Below, piece by piece: positions 35,468 to 46,525 of a stretch of 64,000 bases of DNA; position 1 is the stretch's first letter; each line of letters starts with the position of its first letter. The notes below the pieces were generated by a model. It was given only the letters and a program-made list of their open reading frames with translations, was not told where the DNA came from and ran no database searches. The translations under genes and the position numbers were made by a program. Origin of the DNA: an uncultured Gemmatimonadaceae bacterium (lineage in GTDB: Bacteria; Gemmatimonadota; Gemmatimonadetes; Gemmatimonadales; Gemmatimonadaceae); the NCBI GenBank assembly GCA_963716745.1, contig OY970320.1, positions 1,280,001 through 1,344,000 on the forward strand. Reading direction: 5' to 3'.

Positions 35468-36400
35468 CTAGGCGGCGCGCGTGGCGGCGAGCGTGCGCGC
35501 GAGGCCCTCGTCGAGTCCGATCGTCGGCGCCCAGCCCAGCAGGCTGCGCGCGCGATCGAGTGATGCGAGCGAGTCGCGCACATCGCCGGCGCGCTCGGGC
35601 TCGTGCCGCGGCTTCACTCTCGCGCCGGTGAGCTTCTGGATGCGTTCCCAGAGTTGCAGCACGCTCAGCCGCTCGCCGCATCCGATGTTGAACACCTCGC
35701 CGAGCGCGGCGTCGGGCGCGGTGCACGCGGCGAGATTCGCGCGCACGACATTCTCGACGTACGTGAAATCGCGCGTCTGTCCGCCGTCGCCGTAGATCGT
35801 GGGCGGTGTCCCGGCGAGCGCGGCCGCGATGAACTTCGGCACCACCGCCGCGTACTGCGAATTCGGATCCTGCCGCGGTCCGAACACATTGAAGTACCGC
35901 AGACTGATCGCCGGCAAACCGTACGACGCATGGAACGCGCGACAGTAGCTCTCCGCCGCGAGCTTCGCCGCCGCGTACGGCGACCGCGGACGCGGCACGA
36001 TCATTTCGTGCTTCGGCAGTTCGGTGGTGTCGCCATACGCCGAAGAGGATGCCGCGAACACCACGCGCTTCACCTTCGCATCGCGTGCGGCGATGAGCAC
36101 GTTCAAGGTACCGGTCGCATTCACCGCGTGTGACGTGACCGGATCGCTCACCGACCTCGGCACCGACGGCACCGCCGCCTCGTGCAGCACGAAATCGGCG
36201 CCGCCGATGGCACGCGCGCACGCCGCGGCATCGGTGATGCTCCCTTCCACGAGCGTGATCCGGTCGAGCCACTGCGCGATGTTCGCGCGCTTCCCCGATG
36301 AGAAATCGTCGAGGACGGTCACGTGATGCCCGCCCCCGACAAGATGCTCCACGAGATGCGACCCAATGAACCCCGCCCCACCCGTGACAACGTATCTCAT
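35468..36400 (-). CDS. NAD-dependent nucleotide-sugar epimerase (WbpP-like SDR)
   Basis: [40 protein letters not shown]. Confidence 0.9.
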   Translation of the reverse strand: MRYVVTGGAGFIGSHLVEHLVGGGHHVTVLDDFSSGKRANIAQWLDRITLVEGSITDAAACARAIGGADFVLHEAAVPSVPRSVSDPVTSHAVNATGTLNVLIAARDAKVKRVVFAASSSAYGDTTELPKHEMIVPRPRSPYAAAKLAAESYCRAFHASYGLPAISLRYFNVFGPRQDPNSQYAAVVPKFIAAALAGTPPTIYGDGGQTRDFTYVENVVRANLAACTAPDAALGEVFNIGCGERLSVLQLWERIQKLTGARVKPRHEPERAGDVRDSLASLDRARSLLGWAPTIGLDEGLARTLAATRAA

Positions 36401-36444
36401 GCCGTGAAGCTCGACGGGAGAGAGACAATCGTCAACCGCGAGGT

Positions 36445-36480
36445 TTGCATTCTAACGTCTAGGTCTGGCGTCTAGGTCTG
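36445..36480. repeat. Short TCTAACG/TCTAGG tandem motif
   Basis: TTGCATTCTAACGTCTAGGTCT matches 52434-52455 at 21/22 nt. Confidence 0.65.
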
Positions 36481-36484
36481 TCGT

Positions 36485-37234
36485 TCAGAACGACAACTGT
36501 ATCCCCGCCGACAACGTCCGGTCACTGTCCTTGAACCCCGGCTCCGGCTGGTTGTTGTACGCGATCGCGTACGCCAGGCGCATCGAGATGCTCTCCGAGA
36601 GCGGCGCGAGCAGTTCCGCGAGCGAGTTCACGCGATAGTTCTCTGAATTCTTCAGGTCGGGCAGGAACTCGATCGCTTCCTGGAAATACGTCTTCTTCTG
36701 CCAGCTGTGACGGTACCTGGCCGCGAGGCGGCCGTTCGGGAAATCGTTCTCCACCTGTGCCGTGGACCGCTCCTGCGTAAGTCCGACGCCGGCCTCGAGA
36801 TCGAGCAGATCCTTTGGCGCGGCGATCGCGTGATACGTCGCGCCTATCTGCTCGCCGAACCGCTGGTCGATGCCGGCGAACGGATCGCGATAATAGCGCA
36901 GCCCGAGGTACATGCCCCACTTCGGCCCGAACGCGCGCTCGGCGCGCAGCCCGAACGCGAGCTGGTTCGCCGTCTCGGCGCTGTCGTTCTTGCCGTAGAC
37001 GTAGGCGAGGATCTGCTTGAACGTCCACGCATGGTCGAGGAGCGTGATCTCATCGCCCGCGGTGAGCGTGGTGAGCGACGTGTTGCCGGAAATGTTCACG
37101 AAGCCGAGGTTGAACACGGCGGTGAATTTCTTGACCGTGTCCTTGGGCGCGGCGTCCTGCGCGCGCGCGAGCGACGTCGTGGCGGCGAGTGCAGCGCCGA
37201 GGAGCATGCAGGCGCGACGAATGCGGAGAGTCAT
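36485..37234 (-). CDS. DUF481/YdiY-like outer-membrane beta-barrel
   Basis: Signal peptide ARA-Q, LGFVNISGNT, DPFAGID, C-terminal Phe (AGIQLSF). Confidence 0.78.
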   Translation of the reverse strand: MTLRIRRACMLLGAALAATTSLARAQDAAPKDTVKKFTAVFNLGFVNISGNTSLTTLTAGDEITLLDHAWTFKQILAYVYGKNDSAETANQLAFGLRAERAFGPKWGMYLGLRYYRDPFAGIDQRFGEQIGATYHAIAAPKDLLDLEAGVGLTQERSTAQVENDFPNGRLAARYRHSWQKKTYFQEAIEFLPDLKNSENYRVNSLAELLAPLSESISMRLAYAIAYNNQPEPGFKDSDRTLSAGIQLSF

Positions 37235-37300
37235 AGTGGCGTTGTGGTCAGGAGTGATCATGCGGCACCGCGCGCGGCCGGGTGGCCGCAAGAGCGAAAG

Positions 37301-38266
37301 CTAAGCGGGCCGGGACTCAGCGGCAGTGGCGGCCGCTGGTCGAAGACTCTCCGCCCGCAGTTCGATGCGCAGCTCGCCGCCACCCTCGCTCAGCGAACCG
37401 CCCTGCGCGCGGATCAGGCGCTCCGCGAGCCGCATCGGCAGCGATCCGGCCGCATCGGCGCCCGTTCCCGTCACGTGGATGCCGATCGTCCCCGGCGTTC
37501 GTTCCGCCGCGTCCACGCTCAGCTCGCTGCCAGCGGTCGCGCGATCGACGACATGGGTCAGGGCGATCGTCACCGCCTCCTGTGCGTGCATTGGATCCAC
37601 CGACGCGCGCGGCGCCGAGGGCGAGATCGACGACCGGATCGTGACACCGCGCTTCGCGGCGCGCGCCTCCGCGATCGCGAGCACCGGGCGCAGCAACTCG
37701 GCGAGTCCGACGGACCTCATGTGCATCTCCACCTGCCCGCGCTCCAGATCGAGGAACTTGCGGACCTGTCGCAATTCCACCTCCGCCGCCTCCGCCGCGT
37801 CCCGCGCCGACTGCAGGATCTCCTCCTGATTCTCGTTCAGTTCACCGAACGGCGAGTCGAGCAGGATGTGCAGGGGCAATTGCACCTCCCGCATGCCGTC
37901 GGCCAGCTGCGACGTGAGGTCGTTCAGCAGCGACTCCATCTCCTCGGTGCGCCGCTCCGCCGCAGCCACCTTCGCCGTCCGCACTCTCTCGGTGCGCTCG
38001 ATCTCATCGAGTTCGTCCGCCGATGCGCCGTGCGGGCCCGTCGGCTCCTCTCGCGCGCGCATCGCCAGCTGCGCAACGCGGTGCGCCACGTACCGCGTAT
38101 TCCGCCACGCGAGCACCAATGAGATGATCGCCGCCACGGCGGCCACGACGATCACGATCTCCGGCGCCTGGTGCGCGTACTGTCCCCAATACGCGAGGCC
38201 TGCCACGCTGAACACGCCGATCACCGCCGGCAGCACTGCGAGCATCAACCGCTGGCCGACCCTCAC
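37301..38266 (-). CDS. Two-TM degenerate histidine-kinase-like protein (no H-box His, eroded N and G boxes)
   Basis: HisKA-like LPLHILLDSPFGELNENQEEIL...LDLERG and HATPase-like RLAERLIRAQGG, but no SHE/DLRTP and no NAxK/GxGLG. Confidence 0.7.
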   Translation of the reverse strand: MRVGQRLMLAVLPAVIGVFSVAGLAYWGQYAHQAPEIVIVVAAVAAIISLVLAWRNTRYVAHRVAQLAMRAREEPTGPHGASADELDEIERTERVRTAKVAAAERRTEEMESLLNDLTSQLADGMREVQLPLHILLDSPFGELNENQEEILQSARDAAEAAEVELRQVRKFLDLERGQVEMHMRSVGLAELLRPVLAIAEARAAKRGVTIRSSISPSAPRASVDPMHAQEAVTIALTHVVDRATAGSELSVDAAERTPGTIGIHVTGTGADAAGSLPMRLAERLIRAQGGSLSEGGGELRIELRAESLRPAAATAAESRPA

Positions 38267-39432
38267 GGCGTCTCCGGCGTTTGATCATCGCGGTCGCTGT
38301 CCACCACGAGCACGTCGAGACCACCGGGCTCGGCGATCATCGCATCCACCACCGAGCGCCGGCGCAGCCGGTGCCACCACGTCCGGCGGCTCGCTCCGAG
38401 TATCACGAGCGCGACGCCGTGCTCGCGCGCGAATCGCCGGAGCGCGCCAGCCACATCGGCATCCTCCAGCTTCATCACCATCGCGCCCATCGACTGCGCC
38501 TTCTGGATGTTGTCCACGAGCCGGCGCTGCACGGTGGCGTCGATCCGGTCGGCGCGCTCGTTCGGCGTCTGCACGTACACGCAATACCAATCGGTGTTCA
38601 GCCGCCCCGCGATCCGGCTCGCGCGCCGCAGCAGCGACGCGGTGCGCGGTGGATCGCTCGACATCGCCACCATGATCCGGTCGGCGCTGCGCGGCGCCGG
38701 CGCCTGCCCCGTTTCGCGGCGCACGATCGCCTCGCGCACGCGGTCCACCGAGCTCGCCACCTCACGCAGCGCCAGCTCACGCAGTGTGGTGAGGTTCTCG
38801 GCGGTGAAGAAATTCTCGAGCGCCGCCGGGATCTTCTCGCGGCCGTAGATCTTTCCATCGGCGAGCCGATCGCGCAGATCTTCGGCGCTGAGATCGATGT
38901 TCACCACCTGGTCCGCTTGGGAGATCACCCAGTCGGGCACCGTCTCGCGCACCGTGACGCCCAGCGTCTGCTGGATGACGTCGTTCAGCGACTCGAGATG
39001 CTGCACGTTCACCGCGCAGATCACATTGATCCCCGCGTCGATGAGCGCGAGTACATCCTCCCACCGCTTCCGGAACTTGGAACCCGGCACGTTCGTGTGC
39101 GCGAGCTCATCGACGAGCGCGACCGTCGGCCGGCGCGCGAGCACGGCGTCCACATCCATCTCGCGCAGCGTCACGCCGCGGTACTCGATCGCGCGCGTCG
39201 GCACGCTCTCGAGCCCTTCGAGCAGCGCGGCCGTCTCCGCGCGGCCGTGGGTCTCGATGAAGCCGACCACCACATCCACGCCGCGCTGCCGGAGCGCGTG
39301 CGCCTCGGTGAGCATGCGGTACGTCTTGCCCACGCCGGCGGCCGACCCAATGTACACCTTGAGCTTCCCGCGCTCGCGGCGGCTGAGGAGTTTGAGGAAC
39401 TCCGCGCTGTCCCCGCTCTCGGGGCGGTCCAT
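38263..39432 (-). CDS. kdpD: KdpD N-terminal sensor domain plus USP domain (stand-alone)
   Basis: RGKLKVYIGSAAGVGKTY, DELAHTN, NVQHLESLND, LRELALR; C-terminal USP with ILGASRR. Confidence 0.9.
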   Translation of the reverse strand: MDRPESGDSAEFLKLLSRRERGKLKVYIGSAAGVGKTYRMLTEAHALRQRGVDVVVGFIETHGRAETAALLEGLESVPTRAIEYRGVTLREMDVDAVLARRPTVALVDELAHTNVPGSKFRKRWEDVLALIDAGINVICAVNVQHLESLNDVIQQTLGVTVRETVPDWVISQADQVVNIDLSAEDLRDRLADGKIYGREKIPAALENFFTAENLTTLRELALREVASSVDRVREAIVRRETGQAPAPRSADRIMVAMSSDPPRTASLLRRASRIAGRLNTDWYCVYVQTPNERADRIDATVQRRLVDNIQKAQSMGAMVMKLEDADVAGALRRFAREHGVALVILGASRRTWWHRLRRRSVVDAMIAEPGGLDVLVVDSDRDDQTPETP

Positions 39433-39506
39433 GCTCGAAGCTATCATGGCGCTCCGCGCGCGGCGACAGGGTGGCGCAGGCCGTGACATTGGTGCAGCGT
39501 TCTGCG

Positions 39507-40226
39507 ATGACCGCTGCCGCGAATGGCACCATTCTCGTGGTGGATGACGAGCCCAAGATCCGCGCGCTCGTGCACGAAGCGCTCTCGAACGAAGCCGGGC
39601 GTGTGCTCGACGCATCCACGGGTCGTGAAGCGATCGCGGTGGCGACCGCTGAACGGCCCGACCTGATCGTGCTCGACCTCGGCCTGCCGGACATGGACGG
39701 GCTCGAGGTGTGCCGCGCGGTGCGCCAATGGTCGAGCGCGCCGATCCTCGTGCTCTCCGCGCGCCCGGGCGAGGAAGACAAGACCGCGCTCCTCGACGCC
39801 GGCGCCGATGACTATGTCACCAAGCCATTCAGCATCGTGGAGCTCCGCGCGCGCGTGCGCGCCCAGCTGCGCCGCGCGCGCATGACGCCGCTGCCCGGCT
39901 CCGATGCGCCGCTCGAGGTCGGTCATCTCACGATCGACACCGCGCGCCGCCGCATCACGCGCGATGGCGAGGAAGTCCATCTCACGCCCACGGAGTGGAA
40001 TCTGCTCCAAGCACTGCTCGCGCTCGCCGACCGGCCGGCCACGCACCAGAAGCTCTACCACGCCGTGTGGGGCAACGCCTCCGGCGACGCGCAGCAATAC
40101 CTGCGCGTGTACGTCGGCCATCTCCGCCGGAAGCTCGAGCGCGATCCGGTTCATCCGCGCCTCATCATCACGGAACCCGGCATCGGATACCGCCTCGTGC
40201 TCGAGCCCGGCGCGAGCGAGTCGTGA
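39507..40226 (+). CDS. kdpE: Response regulator KdpE
   Basis: VVDDEP, LDLGLPDMDG, YLRVYVGHLRRKLERDP, TEPGIGYR. Confidence 0.9.
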   Translation: MTAAANGTILVVDDEPKIRALVHEALSNEAGRVLDASTGREAIAVATAERPDLIVLDLGLPDMDGLEVCRAVRQWSSAPILVLSARPGEEDKTALLDAGADDYVTKPFSIVELRARVRAQLRRARMTPLPGSDAPLEVGHLTIDTARRRITRDGEEVHLTPTEWNLLQALLALADRPATHQKLYHAVWGNASGDAQQYLRVYVGHLRRKLERDPVHPRLIITEPGIGYRLVLEPGASES

Positions 40227-41797
40227 GCAAGCCAGTTGAGATATCGCCCCGCGCACGCGGTCTCCTCACCTGGACGGCGTCGCTCTTCCTGCTCGTCGTC
40301 GCCACGGCCGTGCTCTACGAGTTCCGTCCGCAGCTCGACAAAGCGCAGTTCGCGCTCGTCTATCTGCTCGTCGTGCTCTTCGGCAGCGCCGCCGGCGGAC
40401 GCGCGCTCGGACTCGCGCTCGCGGCGCTGGCGTTCCTGCTCTTCGATTTCCTCTTCCTGCCGCCGTACTACACCTTCGCGATCACGAATCAGCTCGACTG
40501 GCTGGTGCTCGTCGCTTTTCTGGTGACGAGTGTCGTCGCGGCGCAGCTCCTCGCGCGCGCCGATCGTCGAACCGCGGATGCGCGCGACCGCACGGTCGAG
40601 GTCGAGCGCCTCGCCGCGCTCGGCGCCGAATCGCTGAGTGCCGGACGCGCCGAGGATGCGCTTGCCGCGATCTGCGGCGTCATCCGCGAGACGCTCGGCG
40701 TGGAGCGATGCGAGGTATACGCGCAGGAGGATCGCGCCGGCGCGCCGGCCCTGCGGCTCGCCGCGAGTGCCGGCAATGGAAGCGCGGGCCCCGAACTCGC
40801 GGACCCGAACAGCATCCTCACGTGGGTCGCGGACCACGGCACCTCCGCGACGGAGCGCCTCGACGGCACGGCGCGCGTCGCACCGGGGTCCATCGTGTGG
40901 CCGGATCCGGGCGATGCCCGCGTGCTCGTGCTCCCGCTTCGCGCGCGCGATCATGGCGTTGGCGCGCTGCGCATCGTCAACGGCACGGGGATCATGCTCG
41001 CCGGCAGCCAGCGGCAGTTCCTGACGGCGCTCGCCTACTATGCGGCGCTCGGCGTCGAACGGCTGCGTCTCACCGCCGAGGCGAGCCGCGCCGACGCGCT
41101 GCGCGAGGCCGACAAGCTCAAGGACGCGCTGCTGGCCGCGGTCTCGCACGACCTGCGCACGCCGCTCACTACGATCAAGGCGCTCGCGCACCGGATCGGC
41201 GAGTCCGGCGCGGCGCCGAACGACGAGCGCGCGGAGTCCATTGAAGAGGAGGCCGACCGTCTCGCGCGCGTCGTGAGCGATCTCCTCGAGTTGTCGCGCA
41301 TCACCAGCGGGGCTGCGCGGTTCCATCCCGAGTTGAACACCGCCGAAGAATTGCTGGGCGCGGTGTTGCAGCGCGTGTCCGGCGTGCTCCACGGCCGCCG
41401 CGTGCTCGTGACCGAGCCGGACGATACCGAGCTGCTCGTCGGCCGGTTCGATCTCGTGCATACGCTGCGCGCGCTCGGCAATCTCGTGGAGAACGCGCTC
41501 AAGTACAGCGATCGCGCGAGCGCGGTGGAGGTCGCGGTGCGCCGCGACGAAGGCATGCTCGTCTTCTCGGTGTCCGATCGCGGGCCCGGCGTGCCCGAAG
41601 CCGAACGCGAGCGGATCTTCGAACCGTTCTACCGTCCGCCCGGCGTGCCGTCCGACACCGGCGGTTCCGGGTTGGGACTCACCATCGCGCGCGGGATCGC
41701 CGACGCGCAGGGCGGCGCGCTGCGATTCCGGCCGCGCGAAGGCGGCGGCAGTGTGTTCGAGCTTCTCCTGCCGGCGGTAGAGCACACTCCAGTGTAG
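40223..41797 (+). CDS. kdpD: KdpD C-terminal sensor kinase (DUF4118 TMs, GAF, HisKA, HATPase)
   Basis: FDFLFLPPYYTF, VSHDLRTPLT, NLVENALKY, DRGPG, GSGLGL. Confidence 0.9.
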   Translation: MSKPVEISPRARGLLTWTASLFLLVVATAVLYEFRPQLDKAQFALVYLLVVLFGSAAGGRALGLALAALAFLLFDFLFLPPYYTFAITNQLDWLVLVAFLVTSVVAAQLLARADRRTADARDRTVEVERLAALGAESLSAGRAEDALAAICGVIRETLGVERCEVYAQEDRAGAPALRLAASAGNGSAGPELADPNSILTWVADHGTSATERLDGTARVAPGSIVWPDPGDARVLVLPLRARDHGVGALRIVNGTGIMLAGSQRQFLTALAYYAALGVERLRLTAEASRADALREADKLKDALLAAVSHDLRTPLTTIKALAHRIGESGAAPNDERAESIEEEADRLARVVSDLLELSRITSGAARFHPELNTAEELLGAVLQRVSGVLHGRRVLVTEPDDTELLVGRFDLVHTLRALGNLVENALKYSDRASAVEVAVRRDEGMLVFSVSDRGPGVPEAERERIFEPFYRPPGVPSDTGGSGLGLTIARGIADAQGGALRFRPREGGGSVFELLLPAVEHTPV

Positions 41798-41844
41798 CAC
41801 CGCTACTACTGAGTGCGCGGCGGCGTTCTGCCGCCTTTATTTTC

Positions 41845-41886
41845 TTTTTATGCGGCGGCGCGAAATCTCTACGCCGTTTTTATGCC
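41845..41886 (+). promoter_or_regulatory. Candidate KdpE-binding direct repeats upstream of the kdp operon
   Basis: TTTTTATGC twice and TCTCTACGCC form a T-rich island in GC-rich DNA; TAGCGT -10 candidate downstream. Confidence 0.55.
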
Positions 41887-41935
41887 GGCGCGCATAGCGT
41901 TCCTCCCGGTGATCGAACCCCCGAGGAACCGCGCC

Positions 41936-42052
41936 ATGCTCGACTCTCTGTACATCGCTCTCTCCGTCGCCTTCTTCGCGCTGATGCTGTGGTACACGCG
42001 CGGCTGCGAACGGCTGGGGCGCGATCAAGACGCGCCCGAGTCGAAGCCATGA
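41936..42052 (+). CDS. Small hydrophobic Kdp-associated peptide (38 aa)
   Basis: MLDSLYIALSVAFFALMLWYTRGCERL..., GAGGA RBS, ATGA overlap with kdpF. Confidence 0.72.
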   Translation: MLDSLYIALSVAFFALMLWYTRGCERLGRDQDAPESKP

Positions 42053-42138
42053 CCGCCGATATGCTCGTCGGCGCCGTCGCGGCCGCGGCGCTCCTCATCT
42101 ATCTGCTCTACACTTTGCTCCGCCCCGAGAAGTTCTGA
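42049..42138 (+). CDS. kdpF: K+-transporting ATPase subunit F (29 aa; absent from the ORF track)
   Basis: MTADMLVGAVAAAALLIYLLYTLLRPEKF; TGATG overlap with kdpA. Confidence 0.92.
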   Translation: MTADMLVGAVAAAALLIYLLYTLLRPEKF

Positions 42139-43854
42139 TGACCGTCAACGGCTGGCTCCAGATCCTCTTCTTCTCGCTCGCGGTGTTCGCCGTCGCGAAA
42201 CCGCTCGGCATCTATCTCGTGCGCGTGTACGACGGCACCGCGAAGTGGTGTGCGCCTGTCGAGCGGTTCTTGTATCGGATCTGCGGCGTGGATCCCGCCG
42301 AGGATCAGCACTGGACACGCTACGCGGCGTCGATGCTGGTCTTCAGCCTCGCGACCATGCTGCTGACTTATGCGGTGCTGCGGCTCCAGCAGGTGTTGCC
42401 CTTCAACCCTCAACATCTCGGCGCGGTGCCCGATCGCCAGGCCTTCGAGACCTCGGCGTCGTTCACCACGAATACCAACTGGCAGTCGTACTCGGGCGAG
42501 ACGATGATGTCCTACTTCTCGCAGATGAATCAGTTGGCGTTCCACAACTTCGCGTCGGCGGCGGTGGGCATGGCGCTCGCGGTGGCATTCGTGCGCGGCA
42601 TCGCGCGCCAGTCCGCCGGCAGACTCGGGAATTTCTGGACGGATCTCGTGCGCGGCACGCTCTACGTGCTGCTCCCGTTCTCGCTGCTGCTCGCACTGCT
42701 CTTCGTGCAGCAGGGGGCGATCCAGAACTTCCATCCATACGCCACCGTGCACACGCTCGAGGGCGCGACGCAATCGCTCGCGATGGGCCCCGTCGCCGGC
42801 CAGGAAGCGATCAAGCAGCTGGGCACCAACGGCGGCGGATTCTTCAACGCCAACTCGGCGCATCCATTCGAGAATCCCACGCCGTTCAGCAACTTCTGGC
42901 AGATGTTCGCGATCTTCGCGATCCCGTCGGCGCTCACGTACCTGCTCGGCCGCATGGTGAAGAACCAGCGGCACGGCTGGGCCGTATGGGCGGCGATGTA
43001 CTGCCTGTTCTTCATCGGCGTGAGCGCGGCGTACTGGGCTGAGGCGAAGGGGAATCCGATCCACGCGTCGCGCGGCATCGACGTCGCGGCGAGCGCGGGG
43101 AATCCCGGCGGCAACATGGAAGGCAAGGAAGTGCGCTTCGGCATCGCGAACTCGGCGCTCTTCGCCACCGTGACCACCGACGCGAGCTGCGGCGCCGTGA
43201 ACTCGATGCACGATTCGTTCACGCCGATCGGCGGACTCGTGCCGATGGTGAACATCCAGCTCGGCGAAGTGATCTACGGCGGCGTGGGCGCGGGATTGTA
43301 CGGCATGCTCGTGATGATCGTGCTCACCGTGTTCATCGCGGGGCTCATGGTAGGCCGCACGCCGGAGTATCTGGGCAAGAAGATCCAGGCGCGCGAAGTG
43401 CAGATGGCAATGCTTTACGTGCTCGTGTTCGCGGGCGCGATCCTCGTGATGTCCGGGATCGCCGCGGTCACGCCGGCGGGACTCAAGGGACTGAACAACG
43501 CGGGGCCGCACGGACTGTCCGAGATCCTGTACGCGTTCAGTTCCACCGCCGCGAATAATGGCAGCGCCTTCGCCGGGCTCACCGGGTCCACCTACTTCTA
43601 CAACACCCTGCTCGGACTCACGACGCTCATCGGCCGCTTCGCGATGATCGTCCCCATGCTCGCCCTCGCGGGCTTCCTGTCCGAGAAGCGCATCGTCCCT
43701 GAGTCGGCGGGCACCTTCCCGGTGACCACGCCGCTATTCGTCGTCGCTGCTCGTGTCTGTGATCCTCATCGTCAGTGCGCTCACGTTCTTCCCCGCGCTC
43801 TCGCTCGGCCCGATCGTCGAGCACTTCCTCATGCTGGCCGGGAGCCTGTTCTAA
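42138..43854 (+). CDS. kdpA: K+-transporting ATPase subunit A (frameshift near 43746)
   Basis: [31 protein letters not shown]; the true C-terminus [15 protein letters not shown] is in the +1 frame. Confidence 0.95.
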
Positions 43855-43855
43855 G

Positions 43856-45928
43856 ATGACCGTCACCAAGCGTTCGCTCTTCGACCAGCAGATCGTGCGC
43901 CGCGCGATCGGCGACTCGTTCCGCAAGCTGGACCCGCGCCACATGGTGCGGAACCCGGTGATGTTCGTCGTGCTCGTCGGCAGCGCGCTCACGACGCTCG
44001 TGCTCGTGCGCGACATTGCGGGCGGAAAGACCGACTGGGGCTTCACGCTCCAGCTCGCCGTGTGGCTCTGGTTCACTGTGGTGTTCGCGAATTTCGCCGA
44101 GGCGATGGCTGAGGGGCGCGGCAAGGCGCAGGCCGACAGCCTGCGCGCCACGCGCACGCAGACCATGGCGCGCGTGCTCAAAGACCCCGCGGACCACAAG
44201 TCGATCACCGAGACGCCCGCGTCGGCGCTTCGTTCCGGCATGGCCGTGCTATGTCTGCCCGGCGATGTGATCCCCGGCGACGGCGAAGTGATCGAGGGCG
44301 TCGCGAGCGTCGATGAATCCGCGATCACGGGCGAGTCCGCCCCGGTGATCCGCGAATCCGGCGGCGACCGCTCGGCGGTGACAGGGGGAACCAAGGTGCT
44401 GTCCGACCACCTCGTCATTCGCATCACCGCGAACCCCGGCGAGACCTTCCTCGACCGGATGATCGCGCTCGTCGAGGGCGCGTCGCGCCAGAAGACGCCG
44501 AACGAGATCGCGCTCACGATCCTGCTTTCGGGCCTCACGATCATCTTCCTCTTCGCCGTGGCGACGCTCGAGCCGTTCGCCGCGTACAGCGGCGCCACGG
44601 TCACCGTGCCGGTGCTCATCGCGCTGCTCGTATGTCTCATTCCCACCACGATCGGCGGGCTCCTCTCCGCGATCGGCATCGCGGGAATGGACCGCATGAT
44701 CCAGCAGAACGTCATCGCGATGAGCGGCCGCTCCGTGGAGGCCGCCGGCGACGTGAACACGCTGCTGCTCGACAAGACGGGCACGATCACGCTCGGCAAT
44801 CGCCAGGCGGTGGAGTTCATCCCGTTGCCCGGCGTCGCGCTCGAACGGCTCGCCGACCGCGCGCAATTCGCATCACTGCCCGACGAGACGCCCGAGGGGC
44901 GCAGCATCGTGGTGCTCGCGAAGGAGAAGTTCAATCTCCGCGGGCGCGCGGTGGGGCACGACACGCAACCACAGGATGCGGAGTTCGTCCCCTTCTCCGC
45001 GATGACACGCATGAGCGGCGTGAACCAGGGCGCGCTGCTCGTGCGCAAAGGCGCGTCGGATGCCGTGGCGCGCTGGGTGACGGAGAATGGCGGGTCGGCT
45101 CCAGCCGACCTCAAGCCGATCGTCGACCGCGTGGCGCGTGAAGGCGGCACGCCACTTGTGGTCGCCGAGCGGGAGAGCGGCGCTGCGCGCGTGCTCGGCG
45201 TGATCTATCTCAAGGACGTGGTGAAGGGCGGCATCCACGAACGCTTCGACCGGCTGCGCGCGATGGGCATTCGCACCGTCATGATCACCGGCGACAATCC
45301 GCTCACCGCCGCGGCGATCGCGCACGAAGCGGGGGTCGATGATTTCCTCGCCGAGGCGACGCCCGAGGACAAGATCACGCTCATTCGCCGTGAGCAGACG
45401 GGCGGAAGGCTCGTCGCGATGACCGGCGACGGCACCAACGATGCGCCGGCGCTGGCGCAGGCCGACGTGGGCGTCGCGATGAACAGCGGCACGCAGGCGG
45501 CGAAGGAAGCGGGCAACATGATCGACCTCGATTCGAATCCCACCAAGCTCATCGAGGTCGTGGAGATCGGGAAGCAACTGCTCATGACGCGCGGCGCGCT
45601 CACCACCTTCTCCATCGCGAACGATGTCGCGAAGTACTTCGCGATCATCCCGGCGATGTTCGTCGCGGCGTATCCCGCGCTCGCCGCGCTCAACGTGATG
45701 CATCTGCATTCGCCCGCATCGGCGATCCTCGCGAGTGTGATCTTCAACGCGCTCATCATCATCGCGCTCATCCCGCTCGCGCTGCGTGGCGTGAAGTACC
45801 GCCCCGCGCCGGCCGGCGTGATCCTGCGCCGGAACCTCCTGCTCTACGGCGTCGGCGGGATCCTCATCCCCTTCGCCGGCATCAAGCTCATCGACATGCT
45901 CCTCGTGGCCGTCCACTTCGTCGCGTGA
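43856..45928 (+). CDS. kdpB: K+-transporting ATPase subunit B
   Basis: TGES, CLIPTT, DKTGT, KGA, GDGTND. Confidence 0.97.
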   Translation: MTVTKRSLFDQQIVRRAIGDSFRKLDPRHMVRNPVMFVVLVGSALTTLVLVRDIAGGKTDWGFTLQLAVWLWFTVVFANFAEAMAEGRGKAQADSLRATRTQTMARVLKDPADHKSITETPASALRSGMAVLCLPGDVIPGDGEVIEGVASVDESAITGESAPVIRESGGDRSAVTGGTKVLSDHLVIRITANPGETFLDRMIALVEGASRQKTPNEIALTILLSGLTIIFLFAVATLEPFAAYSGATVTVPVLIALLVCLIPTTIGGLLSAIGIAGMDRMIQQNVIAMSGRSVEAAGDVNTLLLDKTGTITLGNRQAVEFIPLPGVALERLADRAQFASLPDETPEGRSIVVLAKEKFNLRGRAVGHDTQPQDAEFVPFSAMTRMSGVNQGALLVRKGASDAVARWVTENGGSAPADLKPIVDRVAREGGTPLVVAERESGAARVLGVIYLKDVVKGGIHERFDRLRAMGIRTVMITGDNPLTAAAIAHEAGVDDFLAEATPEDKITLIRREQTGGRLVAMTGDGTNDAPALAQADVGVAMNSGTQAAKEAGNMIDLDSNPTKLIEVVEIGKQLLMTRGALTTFSIANDVAKYFAIIPAMFVAAYPALAALNVMHLHSPASAILASVIFNALIIIALIPLALRGVKYRPAPAGVILRRNLLLYGVGGILIPFAGIKLIDMLLVAVHFVA

Positions 45929-46521
45929 CCAATACCATGCTCCGCCGCCAGCTCCGCCCCGCCATCGTGATGACGCTCGCGCTCTGCGTGATCACCGGGC
46001 TCATCTATCCGGGCGTCGTCACCGCGCTCGCGCAGTTGTTGTTCCCGCGCCAGGCGAATGGCTCGCTCGTGAGCGTGAACGGCCGCGTGGTGGGGAGCGC
46101 GCTCATCGGGCAGCCGTTCACGCAGCCGTACTACTTCCATCCGCGCCCGTCGGCCGCGGGCGCCGGCTACGACGACACGCTCAGTGGCGGAACGAACCTC
46201 GGACCAACCAGCGCGAAGCTCGCCGACACGCTCATCGCGAGCGCCGTGGACAGCGCGATGAGGAACGACGGCGCCAAGAAGGGACAGATCCCCTCGGACA
46301 TGGTGACCTCTTCCGCATCGGGCGTCGATCCGCACATTTCACCGGCCACTGCACTGCTACAAGTCGCGCGCGTGGCCGCCGCTCGCGGCGTGAGCGACAG
46401 CGCAATGCGCGCGCTCGTCGCGCGGCACATCGAGGGGCGACAGTTCGGATTCTTCGGCGAGGCGCGCGTGAACGTTCTGCTGCTCAACATCGCCGTCGAT
46501 TCGGCATTTCCGAGGCGCTGA
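45925..46521 (+). CDS. kdpC: K+-transporting ATPase subunit C
   Basis: [39 protein letters not shown]. Confidence 0.95.
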   Translation: MTNTMLRRQLRPAIVMTLALCVITGLIYPGVVTALAQLLFPRQANGSLVSVNGRVVGSALIGQPFTQPYYFHPRPSAAGAGYDDTLSGGTNLGPTSAKLADTLIASAVDSAMRNDGAKKGQIPSDMVTSSASGVDPHISPATALLQVARVAAARGVSDSAMRALVARHIEGRQFGFFGEARVNVLLLNIAVDSAFPRR

Positions 46522-46525
46522 TCCC

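Noticed and set aside
41798..41935. c-di-AMP (ydaO) riboswitch upstream of kdp
   Set aside because: The region is short and I see no recognisable ydaO consensus; the T-rich direct repeats fit a KdpE site better.
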